In this document: positions 16,722-20,675 of the stretch, one piece after another
Layout of the letters: every line of letters begins with the position of its first letter
Position numbering within the stretch: position 1 is the first letter of the stretch
Assembly (NCBI GenBank): GCA_965261975.1
Contig: CBDHEC010000014.1
Coordinates: 1-20,675, forward strand
Direction of reading: 5' to 3'
From: Alphaproteobacteria bacterium
GTDB taxonomy: Bacteria; Pseudomonadota; Alphaproteobacteria; UBA6615
Length of the DNA stretch: 20,675 nt
Notes under the pieces: model-generated
What the model was told of the DNA's origin: nothing
The model's input: the letters and a program-made list of their open reading frames with translations, nothing else
The model's database searches: none
Translations under genes and position numbers: made by a program

Positions 16722-17681
16722 TCACACTTTGCGGGCGACCGTGAAGCGTGCCGCTTCGCGCAGTGTCTGGGCTTTGTCGCCCCAGGAAGAAACGGCCTCT
16801 TCGCACATGCCGACGAGGCGGTCGCATTCCGCCCGGGCGCCGTCGATGCCGAGACGATCGACGAGTGTCGCTTTTCCGGCATCCTTATCCTTGCCGGTGG
16901 CTTTGCCCATCGCTTCGGGAGAGGCTTCGCGGTCGAGGATATCGTCGGCGATCTGGAAAGCTTGGCCCAAGGCGAGGCCGTAGCGCCATAGGGAGGCACG
17001 CTGATCCGGCGTCGCACCGCCCACAAGGGCACCCGCATCCACCGAGAAGGCCAGGATGGCGCCGGTCTTCATCGCCTGAAGCTGCAGCGTGTCCTCGACA
17101 TCGAGGGATACGGCGCCGAAGCGACCTTCCGCCCCGAGATCGAGGATCTGGCCGCCGACCATGCCGCCGAGGCCGGACGCCTTTGCAAGGCCGAGAACGA
17201 GGTCGGCACGGATCGACGGATCCGGCTGCCAGGTCGCATCTGCCAGAATCTCGAAGGCCAGCGTCTGCAGCGCGTCGCCGACGAGGATGGCGGTCGCCTC
17301 GTCATAGGCCTTGTGGACCGTAGGCTTGCCCCGGCGCATGTCGTCGTCGTCCATGGCCGGCATGTCGTCGTGGACGAGGGAGTAGCAATGGACGAGCTCA
17401 ATGGCCGAACCGGCGGCCAGCGCCCCGGCCTCGGAGCCGCCCAGCATCCGCGCCGTCTCCACCGCCAGGAACGGGCGCAGACGCTTGCCGCCGCCGAGCA
17501 CGGCATGGCGCATGGCCTCCATCAGCCGCGTGGGACGCGTGATCTCGCCCGTCTGCGTCTCGGGACCGAGGCGTTCGGCCAGAAACGCCTCGACGGCGTC
17601 GGCCACGCTCGAAAGCTTGTGGGAAAACGCTTGAGATGCGTCCGCCTTGACCGAAGCGTGGGATGCTTTTGGTGAGGTCAT
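16722..17681 (-). CDS. ispA: Farnesyl-diphosphate synthase / geranyltranstransferase
   Basis: GGKRLRP, SLVHDDMPAMDDDDMRRGKPT (FARM), GQILD, MKTGA, FQIADDILD (SARM), GKATGKD. Start is ATG 17681 or TTG 17702. Confidence 0.95.
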   Translation of the reverse strand: MTSPKASHASVKADASQAFSHKLSSVADAVEAFLAERLGPETQTGEITRPTRLMEAMRHAVLGGGKRLRPFLAVETARMLGGSEAGALAAGSAIELVHCYSLVHDDMPAMDDDDMRRGKPTVHKAYDEATAILVGDALQTLAFEILADATWQPDPSIRADLVLGLAKASGLGGMVGGQILDLGAEGRFGAVSLDVEDTLQLQAMKTGAILAFSVDAGALVGGATPDQRASLWRYGLALGQAFQIADDILDREASPEAMGKATGKDKDAGKATLVDRLGIDGARAECDRLVGMCEEAVSSWGDKAQTLREAARFTVARKV

Positions 17682-17718
17682 CGTAAGAAGGGCCTTGGTC
17701 AAGAATGGGCGCGTCGTT

Positions 17719-18492
17719 GTGCGGGAGGTACGGATTCAGGAACGGCGCGACGGTGCGGCAGATGACAGCGATTCGCGATCACGCCATGCGCGCGATCTCG
17801 GCTCCATCCGCCAAGGACGAAGGAAGCATTGGGTGAGGCGGCTGGTCGGCCTCTTCATGCTGCTCCCCGTCATGTTGCTGGCCCTGATTCTTGTTCTGGG
17901 GCTCGTCTATAGTGCGCTGACGCCGCCCTCAACCCTGATGCTGGCGCGATGGTTGACCGGCAAACCCGTCAGCCGCGAAGCGGTCACCCTGGACGCGATC
18001 TCCCCGCTCCTGGTCCAGGCCGTCATCGCTTCGGAGGATCAGCGCTTCTGCCTGCATAACGGCGTCGATTGGGGCGCCCTGCGCGACGTGGTGGATGACG
18101 ACGAGGGGCCGAGCCGCGGCGCCTCGACGATCTCCATGCAGACGGTGAAGAACGTGTTCCTCTGGCCCGGGCGTTCGGTCATCCGTAAAGGAATGGAGAT
18201 TCCTCTTGCCGTTATCGCCGATACCCTATGGGGCAAGCGGCGCATGATGGAGATCTATCTGAATATCGCCGAATGGGGGGACGGTGTGTACGGCGCCGAG
18301 GCGGCGGCGCAGCGCTGGTTCGGAAAGAGCGCGCGGAACCTCAACCGCAGCGAGGCGAGCCTGCTCGCCGCCGTTCTGCCGAACCCGATCCAACGCAATG
18401 CGGCCCTGCCGTCTCGCGGCGTGCGTGCGGTCGCCACACGCATCCAGGGGCGGATGAATGGGGTCGGTGGATTGATGGGCTGCCTTCGCTGA
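17719..18492 (+). CDS. mtgA: Monofunctional biosynthetic peptidoglycan transglycosylase
   Basis: GT51 motifs ASEDQRFCLHNGVD, RGASTISMQTVKN, RKGME, KRRMMEIYLN, LLAAVLPNP; single N-terminal TM. Start uncertain: GTG 17719 was chosen to avoid overlap with ispA. Confidence 0.93.
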   Translation: MREVRIQERRDGAADDSDSRSRHARDLGSIRQGRRKHWVRRLVGLFMLLPVMLLALILVLGLVYSALTPPSTLMLARWLTGKPVSREAVTLDAISPLLVQAVIASEDQRFCLHNGVDWGALRDVVDDDEGPSRGASTISMQTVKNVFLWPGRSVIRKGMEIPLAVIADTLWGKRRMMEIYLNIAEWGDGVYGAEAAAQRWFGKSARNLNRSEASLLAAVLPNPIQRNAALPSRGVRAVATRIQGRMNGVGGLMGCLR

Positions 18493-18621
18493 ATCCAGAC
18501 ACGTGGAGGCTTGCCGCAACACGTGTCATAGAGCCGTCCATTCTCCGGCAGGCGGCCGGGGCCGGCCCGTGATGGGGCGGATGCGAGACACGACGCACAC
18601 AACACCGATAGCGGACGCGAC

Positions 18622-19191
18622 ATGGCCGACAGCACAACCTTCGACCTCACCCTCGAGCGGATCGCCCTGATCCGCCGGATGGTGGTGGCCTGGAACCCGG
18701 CTGGGCAAGGCGCGCCCATCGTGCATCCCGACGCACCCTATGGCAGCACCGACCGTGACGGCGACATCTTCAACGTCACCGGCGACGATGATGGGGCGGA
18801 CGAGGAACACCGGGCGCTCGGCGACGCGCTCGCGGTCTTCATCCACAATGCCGTGTTGAAGCCGGGCCGCTACGCGTATCACAACACCCTGGCCAAGCTT
18901 TCGTCGGAGGATGTCGGCGACGTGTTTCGTGACGAAGGGACGGGAGAGACGCCCGAGCACGTCACCTTCGATGTGACGGACGAGCATCTGGCGCTGGTGA
19001 GGAAGCTGAACATCGTCTGGGACGACGGCCGCGACGTGCCTGCCTTCGACACGGCCGAGCCTTATGGAGCGGGGACCGAAATACCGGCGGTGCATCACGA
19101 GATGCAGCCGGCCCTGCAGATCTTCCTGCGCTACGGCGATCTCGGCCCCGGCCCCTTCGGTAAGGCGGGCAACCGCTGGTCCGCCGTCTAA
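18622..19191 (+). CDS. Hypothetical protein with two internal repeats
   Basis: 189 aa with host-like codon usage; two copies of TFDxT..(R/H)(I/L)AL(I/V)R.....W....P......PYG. Confidence 0.85.
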   Translation: MADSTTFDLTLERIALIRRMVVAWNPAGQGAPIVHPDAPYGSTDRDGDIFNVTGDDDGADEEHRALGDALAVFIHNAVLKPGRYAYHNTLAKLSSEDVGDVFRDEGTGETPEHVTFDVTDEHLALVRKLNIVWDDGRDVPAFDTAEPYGAGTEIPAVHHEMQPALQIFLRYGDLGPGPFGKAGNRWSAV

Positions 19192-19202
19192 GCGCTGCGT
19201 AA

Positions 19203-19228
19203 ACCCCTCCCCGCGACGGGGGAGGGGT
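19203..19228. terminator. GC-rich hairpin (terminator or REP-like) between convergent genes
   Basis: ACCCCTCCCC-GCGACG-GGGGAGGGGT; short T run (TTT) on the minus strand after argG. Confidence 0.6.
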
Positions 19229-19240
19229 GGATCCCGAGGC

Positions 19241-20485
<1,245 letters not shown>

Positions 20486-20675
20486 CGGGCTCGCTTCGGT
20501 TCTCGTGGAGTCGGGGCGACTTATCAGCCGACAGCCGCGTCGTGCAACCGGCATGCCGCAGGAGACGTTGCAGAGGTGTTCGCTCCCGCTTTCCACCACC
20601 GCGTCAGCGGAGCCCGTTGCTGCCCTGGCCCCAACGGCCGAAACTGCGTAATTCAACCCCGCTTGTCACCCCACG

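Overview
GC-rich alphaproteobacterial DNA in three blocks. (1) 1-~9240 is an accessory catabolic block. It holds a single-chain hydantoinase/5-oxoprolinase A+B fusion that runs off the left edge and is missed by the ORF track, a class-III omega-aminotransferase, a MetR-like LysR, an MmsB-like dehydrogenase, and a second LysR divergent from a Tat-signal-bearing haloalkane dehalogenase followed by two membrane-protein genes. (2) ~9240-10690 is a two-gene module that is AT-rich at its 3' end and reads like an SOS-inducible polymorphic toxin/bacteriocin. It has a perfect alphaproteobacterial LexA box (GAAC-N7-GAAC) just upstream of a 363-aa protein with an N-terminal KYDPAQPRAPAG..GGRW motif and a C-terminal PD-(D/E)xK nuclease-like domain. 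That gene overlaps (ATGA) a putative immunity gene that appears cut at the junction with block 1. This module is the best candidate for an undescribed system. (3) 10720-20675 is Hyphomicrobiales (Methylobacterium-like, inferred) core genome: asd, two hypotheticals, leuB, sulP (preceded by a candidate leaderless Pro-Pro-stop uORF), ispA, mtgA, an internally duplicated hypothetical, and argG with three 1-nt insertions that look like sequencing errors. All family assignments come from motif recognition by eye; no searches were run.
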